NCBI GenBank assembly: GCA_964057225.1
Contig: OZ059897.1
Span: 12,462,001-12,526,000, forward strand
Source: Auanema rhodensis
Lineage: Eukaryota; Animalia; Nematoda
Direction: 5' to 3'
Length of the DNA stretch: 64,000 nucleotides
The stretch's first letter is position 1, and the number at the start of each line of letters is the position of its first letter. This document shows, in pieces, positions 42,001-54,934 of the stretch. Below the pieces are notes generated by a model. It saw nothing but the letters and a program-made list of their open reading frames with translations. It had not been told where the DNA came from and made no database searches. The translations under genes and the position numbers were made by a program.

Positions 42001-43586
42001 CTTGTCTTCTTGGTAGCCTCGTTTCTTTATTGATTAGAGTATCGAGTATGCAGTTACCCCTTTAACATCTCCCCTGTAACAGTCGTCTCCGTCGTCTTCT
42101 TACTTCAGCCGACGATTTATATGACCTGTAGGCGGTGTCTCGTCAGAAACTATTTCATTCATTTCTCCGTGTCTTCTCCGTTACATTCTGAAGTATTGGC
42201 TCAAAGTGACTGGAGTTGAATATTTATTTCAAGTTGCTACTAGGCGATGTTTTCAGTCGATAATATCATGGTCTCTTTTCTTTCTGCTTTTGATGGTGGT
42301 CTAATTGCCCCGTCTGCTTTCTCACTGTCGTGCAGTCTATTTTTCTTCAGAATAACCGTCTGCACATAAGTTCGGTGAATGCTTGTACGTCAGTAGGTCT
42401 TTTCTCCTCGTGTAGTATGAATCCCCTTCACCACAACCATCACCATCACATACACCTTCACCCCCATTTAACAGATATACCACACTCTCATTTCCTTATT
42501 TTCTCTTGTCTTCTACTATTTAATCTATAGGATAGAGTTTTCTCACACCAGCCTCTCTGTCCCTCATTTTCATTTCTATTTATTGTTACGTAAGTTCGTT
42601 TTCATATTTCGGTATTAATGTGTTTTGTAAATTTGCTATTTCTGATCGGCTACCGCAAATTAGCGAGCCGAACTGCTCCTAGTCGAGATATACCTGTCAC
42701 ATACGCCTGTCCCTCGCTATATTTAATACTCATCATTTTGTTTTAACCGAATTCTATTTAATATTATTGATAATTTATATATGAACCATCTCTCAATCCA
42801 TTTCGATGTTATTGTCTCATTAAACCGTGGCTTTATCTCGTTGTTCTTCATAAAGGGCAGGCAGTATTAGAAGTATTTATCATTTAATTGGCTCTCAAAG
42901 ACTCAAGAAAACTATACGGATTATTTAAAGGTTTAAAGTTTTCCTTGTTTCTGCCAATAACTATGTGGCATGGGTAGGATTATTATTTAGGGAGGTTGGT
43001 AAACATGGCTTCTAAATGACGTCGCTTACATGAATACTATATCAAAAAAGAAAAAGGATATGGAGAAAAGACGAAAAATGGATCAGCAGATTTATGTTTA
43101 TATATGTATCTTCGTAATGAGTAGACTATGGCTGTAAACGTGTCGAGTCACGAATTTCAAGGCAGAATGCCTTGAACGAAAGAGTAGCCTCAAATTGTCT
43201 ATTCAATTGCCCTGTCCGTGTTACTCAATCATACTTTTCAATTTCATCTTCAATCTTTTTATTTTGTTTCACAGGCGTCTTCATTTAGTTTCAAATAAAT
43301 AATCTGAAAATGAACTGCAGCAGTGGTATGCACTTGTATGTATTAGAAGAATACAATTTGGAAATTGTTCAAGAGTTAACTACTTTCTAATTAAAGTTCT
43401 TGATGAAACTGTGATACATGTCGGGATCTTCATTTACGCTATTTCTGAAATTTAATTCGTCCCCACTTTTCAGTTTCATACCCTAGAAATTAACACGAAA
43501 AAAGATTACTGTTCGAATATGACAAATTTGGTTTTTATCCGTAACGTAAATTTTATGTGTGAATGGCACAATCCTAGCTAATCTGA

Positions 43587-43711
43587 AAAGTTTACGCTTG
43601 AACAAACGTTGAGAGTATCTCACGTGAAAGTTCGCGGTTGACGAAAAGTCAGCAGTATCACGTGAATGTTCACGCTTGAGTATTCAAATGTCTCACGTGA
43701 AAGGTCACGTC
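43587..43711. repeat. Degenerate 35-38 bp periodic repeat carrying TCACGTGA E-boxes
   Basis: TCACGTGA at 43620, 43658 and 43693, each followed by an A(A/T)G(T/G)TC(A/G)CG-like tail, plus a partial unit AAAGTTTACGCTTGA from 43587. Confidence 0.6.
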
Positions 43712-46700
43712 TATGAAATCATGTGCATACGGTAAAACTTCACAGATGCTTTTACTTCATTTCTATCTGATATTCAAGCATATAAATTAGTTATCTTTTT
43801 TCTATAGTTATAATCTTTATATTATCTACATATAACTATATATGTATATGTGTTTGTATCTTTGTTTTAGTGTTATTATTTTACTCTCCATATGTTCCAC
43901 TTTGTTTTTCCATCATATCACATGCGATTAGGAGGCGGTAAAGCTCATTGAAAGCTTAACTATCTTCCGGAAAAGAAAGGACGACCAGCAGGTGACGTCA
44001 TTTAGTTCCTTAAATTGGTACTTCTAATCCCTTGAAAATAGGGTTTGTGAAGGTTTGTGGCATCGTTCAAAACCTTTTTCTCATCCTCTCTGGTGCTTCA
44101 TTCCTTCCTTCTCTTTTCTCTACTTTCTCACTCTATTTTTCGTTTTAAGGAAACGGCTCCAATCATAGACTGCACTGGGTTGTGAAAGCGTTTTGCATTC
44201 ATACCAATTCACGCAAAGAACATGCCTTGTCTTCTTGATTACAGCTTGAAATTTCCAATTATTATTCGACTACATGCATGTCATTTTTTGCTTATTACGT
44301 TTTCTAAAATATTTGATCGAAACTTCCTATCTTCAATTCTATATTATGTATTTTATAAATTCATGTACAAACATTCGAAGATAACAAACGCTGTTGTGTG
44401 CTTTTCATATGTCGATTAAGCAGATACATAGGTAATTTAAAAGACTAAAGGAATCCGATTTCCATAACGCGCAAACTTACATCACGTCTATGTATGTATT
44501 TGCAGGTCGAAAGATCAGAAGTTATGCACGTAATGCACTAGCATTATGTTCCAGTTCCAAGAAAATAACATTCTAATAAAACAGTTCTTGAAATACTTAA
44601 ATTAATACAATATCTGAATGTAGAAGATTGCTTGAGAGGAAGTAAAAAGGAAGAAGTTACGAAAAAATGAATTAATTAATGAAATCTACTTGTATTTGTT
44701 AATTTTAAGTTGGAAAAAAGACAAAAGAATTACTGATGAACTGAATTTAACTTGTAAAATATGTTCTATGCTCAGATGCATAATACAGACAAAACATAAT
44801 TGTAGTCATTCTATTCAAAAAACTATATTAATAATAAAATTCTGAAAGTTAAATATTATCTTTGTGTTATAAATTCGTAATTATAGAAAAACTTCATTAT
44901 TGGTATTATGATAATTAATTATTTTTTTAAAACAAATATAATTTTTTTTACTAATGATACAGCCCATTTCTAACCTACAACTTCAAAAGTTCATATAATC
45001 TCTGTTATTTTTGTATAAAAAATAATGATAATTGTTAATAGTGAAGATGTAATTATTTTCAATAATTATATAAGATTTCATAGAATAAGTATGGTTAACA
45101 TAATTTAATATTAAATTTATTTAATTTTTGTATGGTTCATATAACATGTAGAAATCATTATTATATTAAAAGATATTTAAATTATCAATTCATAAAATGA
45201 AATTCATGTCTGAATATTGCTAATTGCCAATTATAGTATAATCTGTTTAAAGTAACTACCAATTTTTCTCGAATGAAAATTATTCTAAACGAGATTAATA
45301 ATAAATTTTAAATTTTATCGTTATTCTAACAAAAAAATTATACTCGAACATAGCAATATATAAAGATATATAGTGTATATAATATATATAGTGTATATAG
45401 TATATGTATATGTATATGTATATGTATATTATATAATAATGCTGATATATAATTTGAGGGTGTGAGTAATAGCAGAGCAGTGGAAAAATTGGCCACGCTA
45501 GATGCAAACTAAAGCTTCAGAATAATGACCCTTCCTTCCCAAATTGGGTGATCTGTTATATTATATCAGTATATACAACACAGAATTATTTATTCACAAT
45601 ATTGGTTTGAATAGAAAAGAACTTTAACATTTGACCAGAAATAAAAATCAGTATGAGCAAAATCATGATGAATCAGGTGACAACATTACTAATTGAGAAA
45701 ATATAATATATTAATAATAAAAAAATGTTAAAAAAAACAATATAACATTTATATAGAAAGGGACTCTTTATTTTTATTGAACTATAATATAGCATTTTAT
45801 TATTATTATAACAATGTTATAATTAGTATAATGCGCTGTGTCTGTTCAACTATATATTGGAAGCATGTATAATAATTAAAATATTATTTCACCCGATAAG
45901 TAAAATATAATTTGAAATATTATGCACAGATGAATAAAATTCTAACAAACTTACCTTCTCAATCAAAATACATAGCAATCTATATAGGTACACATACCCA
46001 TACATGTATATGTACATATATGTATTGAATTATAAATATTATTTTAAATATTTCATGTGTTCAAATACATGTATTTATATATATAACTCGAAAAGCTATT
46101 TTATTTTCGGGTAATTTTCTTCTCCATGTCTGTACAAATATTTAAAAAAGCAATTATAACATAGAAACTAGCATAGTCATATTATTATATTAGTTATACA
46201 AAGTTTATTTTAAAATAAGTATATATAATCTTTTTAATTAGTATGTGCTTGAGATGCTGTTGGCAATCCAGAATGGTAAACAATCAGAGGTTTAAGATCA
46301 TCTAGCCTGTAATATAAATATGAAAATGGTAATAAAATATGGAAAACCTTTTTGTCGGCACAATATTTCTTTTTCTTTCGCTGTAATGTTCCGTTTTTGG
46401 TATTAGTTGGTTATGAAAGTGTGAATTGTAACGTTCGAATTATATTAACAAACACATTCTACTTGTTGAGTACATTTGTTATCTCCTTCTCCAAGAATTC
46501 TTATTATTTCGGATCCTCAAACTTTTTGTATTATATTATTCTTTCTCTTAACTGATAAGTAATCACGTGAAACATCTTTTTAATAAAAATAGTTAGGGCA
46601 GCTGCTTGGTTCTCAAGGATTATCTTTTAAACCCTGCTTAGGTTTTTTAAAGTCTACTGTTGCAATTTTGTCTATTATTCATTTTTTTGTGAGCAAATTC

Positions 46701-49700
46701 TTATGTTTTATTTATAGAACTAAAACTTAAACAAAAAATGTTATTGTCTTATAGTTCTGATAGTTCATCTAGAACTTAATCCGTTTTCTCTCCAAATTCC
46801 TAATGAGATATTTCTTCATCAGCTTTTCACTTTGACTTTTGATGTATATAATTTTACATCTGTTGAGATTTGTCCGGATTGCAATGGTTCTTCTTCTCTT
46901 ATGAGTGTGAAATGATAATATCTTCTCTCTTCGTTACTCTACCACGTTATTAAGCTTCTTTTCCTCTTATTTCTCCTGCTTTACCTTCTCTTCTATTATG
47001 ATGAAGAGAGAAAGAAAGAAGAACATAATGCTATTGATCATTGCTCTTAAATGTAACAAGTTCTGATGATTTTTCTTTTGAGCGATTAGGTCAAAATGCT
47101 GTTGTTGTATCTTATTCATTCACCCTAATTTCACGCCAGTTCATTCCCATTTCGAATCTCTGCGTTTTTCAGTTATTAAATAAACTCATTTGCTTTCCAC
47201 TTTAATTCTATGAAATGCTATGAAGAATAGAAGAGTAGTGGGATAACCCTGCTTCAGCATAGAAATAACTAATAACTTGAAGATGAAACCACCAAAATCC
47301 ATCTTCTTCTTTCTCTTCCACTCCCTTCTCTTTTGCTCCTTCTATCTCTTTCTTCTCTCTATTCTCTCATTCCTCTTTATATTTATCGCTTTTATTAACT
47401 CTTGTTAACCTTTCTCTTATTCCAATTGTTTATTAGTATATGTAGAGCTGCCGTATGTAGTCAATTGTCGTAGATCTAATCAAAGATCGCTTCTGAAAAG
47501 AAAAAGAAACTACGCAGCTATATCTATAGTTAGTTAAATAATAAACTTATATATATATATATAGTTATTTATTTATTTATACGTATAGTTAAATATTTTT
47601 ATTCATTTCTTCGTTTCTTTCTTAAAATATAAATATATATCCAAAAGGAAAATATTATTTGATCTGATCATCTAGATTATTTTTATGAGACGATGAAAGT
47701 GGAAGTTGATTGTTAGAGTTCTGTCTCTACAATGCCCTTGCTTCACAAGCATTTGTTTCATCTTTTTCACTCATTTTTCCAATTGATGCAGAAAAAAAGA
47801 TCGACTGATTGAGAAAAAATCATAGTTCTCAGCAATCTCTTTTTCTCTTTTTTCCCGTGATTATTTTCTTTTTGCAATTGATGTTTTTATTCAACAAAAT
47901 TTCTTATTTTCATTACTAATTTTATACGAAACCAGAAGAAACTATTCTGAAATAATGATTCATTTATCAAACAATTATTTATATTATTCTTACAATAACG
48001 TTTCAAATGGCAATTGTTCGAGTAGAATACGTGGCTATGAAGGTGAGCTAATACAATATATTAAAAATATTTTGTTGCGTAATTAGCTGATTTTTAAAAT
48101 ATTTATTTAACATTTTTGTTAATTTTATTACTTAATAAGAACACATAGTTATTATAAGTTATTTTTTCATTTAAAATAGTTAACCATATATTATCATGAT
48201 GGTATTGTCCAATATGTTGTCTTTGACTTTTTTTCTTTCAAATGTGTGTTGGTAGCCCGCCTGAGATACCTAGAAATATATTATCTAGATGTGGGAGACG
48301 ATAAAAGAAAGAAAATGAAATTGAGAGAAGTAGGGAGAGAGGAACGATCAAACCTTCAGTCGGTCAAATTTGAGTTGTGCGAGAGGACTGAGTAGCAGAC
48401 ATTCGGATTATCTTTAAATGTGAAGAAGTACGTGGGATCGATGGTTTGTACTTTCTATACCAAGCTCAATTGAATCGCATGTTCCTCTTTCAATTTGGTT
48501 CTCCTATTGTTTCGTCTCTTTCAGTAGATTTATTGTTCCTTTTCATGGATATCAACTGACTGAACCCGTTTGAAGTAATGCAGACAAAGAGAGAGTCAGT
48601 GAGTGATATGTATTTAGATATGTTCAGTGGTTTTTTTCTAATTATGTAAAATTGAATATTTTCAACTTTAATGCTGGGTTATACATGAATTAGTAGTGCT
48701 AGAAAGTGACTGTTTCCGATTAAATTGCAATATTTCTTCATCCATCCCATATTTAAATATGAAGATTTCAGTTTTCAAGTTTTTCTTATTCAAAAAAAAG
48801 AATTATTAATAGTCTATTCACATTACTTAGATTATTCTCTCAATAAATTTTTTTATTTTTTTTAATGATTAGAATAATACATCATATATATGTTTCTTAA
48901 AATATAATTTTTTCGTCATAAAATTTCTTATTTATTTCATTTTATCATTTGTTTATTTTCATGAATACGTTTTTTGATTGATGTTTGTTCTTTCATAAAC
49001 TTTGAAAAATGGAAGAAAATTTTGAAAAAATTTCATTGTGCTCCTTTGTATCAGCCGTCAACTTCCTTGCCCGGTTGCCTCTTATCGATGTGTTTCTTTC
49101 AAAGAGTCAGCTAGGTAAAATATCTCAAGTTTTTCTTGATCCTTTGCACTTACTTCGTTGTTCTGTCGTTTATGTTTTTTTTTGTGTTTTTGGTATCTCA
49201 TCGTGCACTCAAAAAGGAACAATCGTCATAGGCCCTACGTGATTTCAAGACCAACCAACATCATGCTGTGTCTAACCCATGCATTAGTATTACAAACTAT
49301 CCCCACGTCTTCCATATGTCAAGAAAAAGAATTATTTCCAGTGTCCTCTTAAGTGTAGATTCAACGACTATTCATGACTGTAGTAGTGAATAGGTCCCAT
49401 TTCATGAACAAATTCAAAACTTTATTATTCTTGTTTTCTAACTCAACGTTTTAATATCGTTCAATATTCCTGATTTTTCCCAACTCCCTAAAGCTGTTCA
49501 CACGTTTTTACTTCTTTGCATCAAACGTAACTCTTTCTGCAGCCGTTTTAGTTTTCCCAAAGCGTTTTCATGGGAAATGCTAAACTCGGAATATGAGTTA
49601 AGCTTGTATGAACTACATCAGCATACCTCATTCACATAGTTATATTACAAAACATGTCTTTCACTCAGCTTATGTAATTTAAATTTTTTTCGCGAAATTT

Positions 49701-50764
49701 TAGTCGATGTCATTGTTACTCAGTGACCATCTGGCCTTCTCAATAAAATGTGTTTATTACGGCATCTGTAGAGAATCATTTAGCAAGATATACTGGCGGG
49801 AATTACCAAGTGTACTTGACTTTCTTTATATTCAAATGATTAATATAGATTATATAAGCTTACTGCAACTTTTGGCCTCTTCTTTAGGCCCTCTCAGCTA
49901 TTATATTTTCAAATATCATCCAACAACACGATGGTCGATATATTTGGAAGAGCAGCGAGACGATATACAAGCCTAATGAGCCAATTCAACAATAAGCTCT
50001 TTGGTCATAATGTTGAGAAGGCCCAGATAATGAATAACAAAGAAACACTAGTGAATATGACAAGAGCACGAGTGACATTGACTCTCCACTAGAAGTGTAT
50101 ATCTTCTTCCACGCGTGACTTATGAAAAGTATCTCAAATTGGTTGAATACGTTGATCCATGGAATAAGATTAAGATCGAATTACAAAACCACAGCGCCAT
50201 ATCTCAGATATAACTAACTTCATCAAAAATTGCAATCAATTGGAAGTAAGCTTTATTAACTAATTATGAAATAAGAAATAACCGATCTCTATTGAACCAA
50301 GTGTTCAATCGTCCGGTCCTGTCGGCTGCGTATTTTGCGTCTTACGAAAACTCGGCAAACGTACTGCTGCACAAAGACTGTCAAAAATCAATATTATTAG
50401 TTCAAAACTAAAAGGATGCATAAATTATCTCTTATTATGTAATAAAAGAAGTTTACACGGTGGAAAGCTGCCGATAATTCAGTTTTAATAACTTTGATAG
50501 TTGGCAGTAAAGTTAAAGTGGAGCTCCGCGCAGTATCACATGCTTGACCTATTTATAGGGCAATCCTTGTGCCTGCTGCATTTCCTAACGATTAATCTAA
50601 TCCGGCTTTATAGCTTCAATATATGAATTTTATTTTAATTTTTCTAATCTTGGGCATCAATTCTTATTTATATTTTGCTTTTTTCTTTCCTTTTTTGCTG
50701 TTTTAGCTATTCTATTTTCAATGCGACAGTACTTATTTTTTCTTATGTTGTAGATGAGGAAAAT

Positions 50765-53700
50765 ATGAATACGTGGTCATCTTCAGTTGAGGATCCTGAG
50801 AAACATTTTCTTGGTAACCTTTTAGACGATGAAGCTTCATTCACCACAGCGTCTGTAGGACGAAGTATGCTTTCCCGTAATTTCCATTATAAAAACTGAA
50901 ATTCTTTAGCAGATATACCATCGGCATCCGTCATATCTGGTGTAGGAAGTATTGATAGCTCTGTTAAGAAGTATTGGCCTGAACCTCCACCACCTTATAC
51001 GGCATCTGATGTATCAACCACTGACTTTTCTATGCTTTTTAAAGACTCATTTACAGAGCTCATCTTCATCATGGTTACATAAAAGTAGCCCGAATTTTTG
51101 TTTTAATGATGTTTTAACGACTAGTGTAAGTTTTAGTTTTGCTATGATAAAGCTTATATATATATATATATTCAGATGAAAGAACCATCAGAGTGGGATA
51201 CATTGTTAGGCAATAGCGATTTTTTCAGTAAATTTCAACAACCTCAACCGGTCTTTTTTTCATCTTTAAATCCTCTAGTAAGTTTCTTCTATGAAATTTG
51301 TTGTTATTATGAATGTTTGTTTTCGAAGGGGCCTAGGAAACAAAGTTATTTACAGGCTGAAACAGCTTGCAACTTTTCCGGCAATCGTCCTGACTTATTA
51401 CCTACACCACCTGGATTTTCACCTAAAGTCCCATTTTCTCTTGTCGTTAGCAAAACGAAAGGAGGTAAGCCGTTATTAACTTTTTTTTAATATAATGTTT
51501 TATTCAGATCATCCAAAAGTAACACCTCACTCTGCACCGGTGGTTAATAAAATGCCCTTTAGTTATCGTGATGTTGCAGCTCGAAATGAAACCCCTTCGT
51601 CAGGACATAGTCCACCTCAACAAGTTGCATTGAATTTTTTTTGCTTAATATTTTGTAAAATTTTTCAGACTAGAAAAATTGTGGTAAATGTAGACAATGA
51701 TTCTAAAATTGGGAGTCAATCAAATCAGGAAGTGTTGGTCGATCGCTCGGGTAGCAATCCATCTATCAATAGTTTGTCTTGCATTTCTTAATTCATTATT
51801 ATTTGACGTTTAGAAGATCAGAAACCAAAAGCTGCTGAAGAATTTCAGAAAATATCCCGGAGAAGGAATGGAAAAGAAAAGGTAAGTTCGAGTATTTGAG
51901 AATATGTTAATATCTGTTTTATAGAAAGTATTGTCGGATTCTATTTCAATGCCTCTACTCAATAAGCCAAAGGTTGAAGAACCTACAAAATATCATGTTC
52001 TAGAGAAACTAGTAATACCATCACCCAAAATAGTGAAAAATGATACTGATGATTCTACAGACAATATAAGTAAGTTTTTTTCTTTTTTTATTTCCTCGCA
52101 TTACTTTTTTTGTAGTTGAATTTAAACCAAGACCGTTATCTTCTAACATGAGATCTCGATCCACTTCTCTGTGCCCAGGTTTCCGCATAAGTGTTTTTTA
52201 TATATTCCATATATTTCAGAAGAGGAAAACAGTAATCGATCTAGAAAGTCAGAAAGTAAGAAAAGAACAACTACTTCTATAAAAAAACGAAATCCTCGAA
52301 AGAAAGAACATGAAGGATTTTGGAAGTTGCTCGCTGTAGCATGTAATAGCTACATTTCTTTTATTCTAAATAACTGAAAGTTTACAGGGACTTTCATAGT
52401 TTACGCATGCGATATGTGCCAATATATAGCTGAATGGCTTGTATCTCTGATTATGGATGTTTGCAGCAATATGTTAGACGTGTTTTCATTCGGGTATATA
52501 TTTTCTATGACTTCACAAGGTTGACTATTCTATATTTTTCAGGTTTTCTTGTTTTTTTTACAAATTAGAATTTACTGTTAGATGTTACATGTTGTCCTTC
52601 GCATCTTGGGTTTTGTATGTTAAGATTATACATTTTGTATACTGAGATGATTTTTTTCCAGAGAATGTATGTGTCGTTTGAAAAACTTCTGCCGAAAGTC
52701 TAACACAAGAAATCATGATTTATTGGGATATGAAGAGAGCATTTGCATTTCTTCCAGTGGTAAACATATAATTATTTCCTTTTTTTATTATAAATTTTGA
52801 GCTGCTGATGAAGTTCTACGAATCTCTAGAATAAGAAGTATAGACGCTTATTCTATTCTTGGTTTGCGTCCTGATTGTTCGGATGAAGAAGTTTTCGATA
52901 ACCATAAACAGTTGGCTAGTGTGCTCAATGCAAACTTTTGTGCAGGTGGACATGATAAGGTTTATAAGAATTTAGTTATGAAATATTAAAGTTGTATCTT
53001 CCAGGTGGAAGGTATAGAATATGCTAGAAAGTTAGTCAGTGAGTCTTATACAGCCATTCAAAATGTTGATAGTCGTGTCAATTATGACTTTGAAGTCCAA
53101 ATGGCTAATAGTGAAGTAGTATGTTTTGAAATTTCATAGCTTCTCTTCAAATTCAATTTTTTTTAGCAAATGGACTTACAACAAATGTTCAAAGCGTTGA
53201 CTGCTCATGTTGATTTGAAAAACAATTCACTGAAATGTGATTGTGGTCGTAGGCATTCTAGAACTAGAACTGATGTTAGACCTCAAGAAGCTCGATATTG
53301 TCGTCGATGTGCTAGTTATCATAGCGCGAAAAATGTCAGTGTGATATTAATCTAAAACATTTATCTTCGAAATTTAGAACGATATTTGGGTTGAAACATC
53401 TTTCTTTGGGCTTGTGTGGCATTATTATACTTGTTTGGATGGTGTAGTTTATAATATTACTGAATGGGCCACATGCGATGTGAGTACTACAATAATTACT
53501 GATTTTATATTTATGTTTTGTAGAGTAACTATTTGAAACATTTACGTCCGTATTCTCATAATGTTCAATATCGCTTATCGCATCCTGATTCTAATGCTGA
53601 ACGCTCGTTAGGAGATCAAACGGATGAGAAAGAAGGTAGTGTTACTAACATATTAATCGTTCATATAATAGATATTCAGGTCGCAGTAGTGCTCAAGCTT

Positions 53701-53774
53701 CTTATCGTCCTCCTGAACTCAAAGAAGAAGATAGATCTCGAAGAGCAGCTAATAGAAGACAAAAAAGACGCTAG
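50765..53774 (+). CDS. dnj-5: DNAJC14-family protein (J-like domain + Jiv90 Zn-binding domain)
   Basis: J-domain start [17 protein letters not shown]; Jiv90 motifs [22 protein letters not shown]|[31 protein letters not shown]; basic tail [13 protein letters not shown] (TAG 53772-53774). An upstream exon may exist. Confidence 0.85.
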
Positions 53775-54934
53775 TAAGATCGAAACGTCACCTTTAACAC
53801 CAAAGGATAGTTCTTTTTTGTTTTCTTTAGAAGTTAAATAGATCATAGAAGGGTAGCGATTCATTTTCGGTGAATTTTATGACTGGTTATAAATTTGCAT
53901 TGCTTTATTCAATTTTTTTTCTGTCATTTTAGAGTTAAAGATCTGTTGTTTTAGTTTTATTTTAAAAAATAACAACAAAGTAGTTTATTTGTCATATGAT
54001 ATTACTTTGTCTATGTTCGGAAACTTCCAAAACTTTATGTAGTTCTGTACTTTCCATATATTACCCCTTCTCTCTTTTATTATTTTTTTTATATTTCCTC
54101 TGCCTCTTTATCTTAAACATATTGCTAATTCAGTTATCTCGTTATAATTAGTTTCATGTCATAGATCCGTGACATGAAAATATCTCAGCAAAATGCTTGC
54201 AAGTTCTGGATTTGTTTTGCTTTTATAGCTTTAATATTTCCAAATCTCTGTAAGTATCTGTATTCAATAACATCTGTTAGCTTGTTATTAACCTAAATAG
54301 TTCTTTTTCCGGTTTTGTGCATAATTTCTAGAAAATTTACAATAGTTTGTCATTTACTTTACGATTAGAGTGTTCATAGTTCAATAAAATAGAAAATTAC
54401 AATGTTATTCAAACTGTAAAAGTATAGACACTAAGTTTATTAATAGCAGCTTTCTTTACGTAATCTCAGTTGCTGTTTTGACCAGTAGATTCAAAGGGAG
54501 TTCTCACAAAAGTTTGAAGGATTTGTGCAGTTACAAATGATAAAAATTGTAGAATAGGTTCACCTATACTTTGGTAGATAAGCACGATGGCTAAATCAAG
54601 GGCAGTACACTCTATGTACAATGATATAAAAAACTGAGGATCTGCAGAAGATGTTCTGAGTAAGAATTCAAAAAAAAAACCTGAAATGCAAACAAGCAGA
54701 TGAGTTAAAAGTAGATAGATACAGCACTGGTATGATGTACATAGACTAGAAATAGAGCACCATAGCAGGATTGGATTCAGGTAATGAATGAATGTGAATG
54801 ATGTCGGTAAGTTGGCGATGTAATGAAAAAAAAGTATTTTTTAGTACTTTACAAGTAGTTATTGAGCATATTATTATATCGGATGGAATATTCGTTCAGA
54901 GTTCTTTGTATATTTAGAAGTGTTCGAATAAGAT

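Noticed and set aside
49969-49976. AAGCCTAA as a telomerase RNA template inside the long-range stem
   Set aside because: An 8-mer of this composition is expected by chance in 64 kb. It lies near the 3' strand of the stem rather than the 5', and no pseudoknot or H/ACA domain was discernible.
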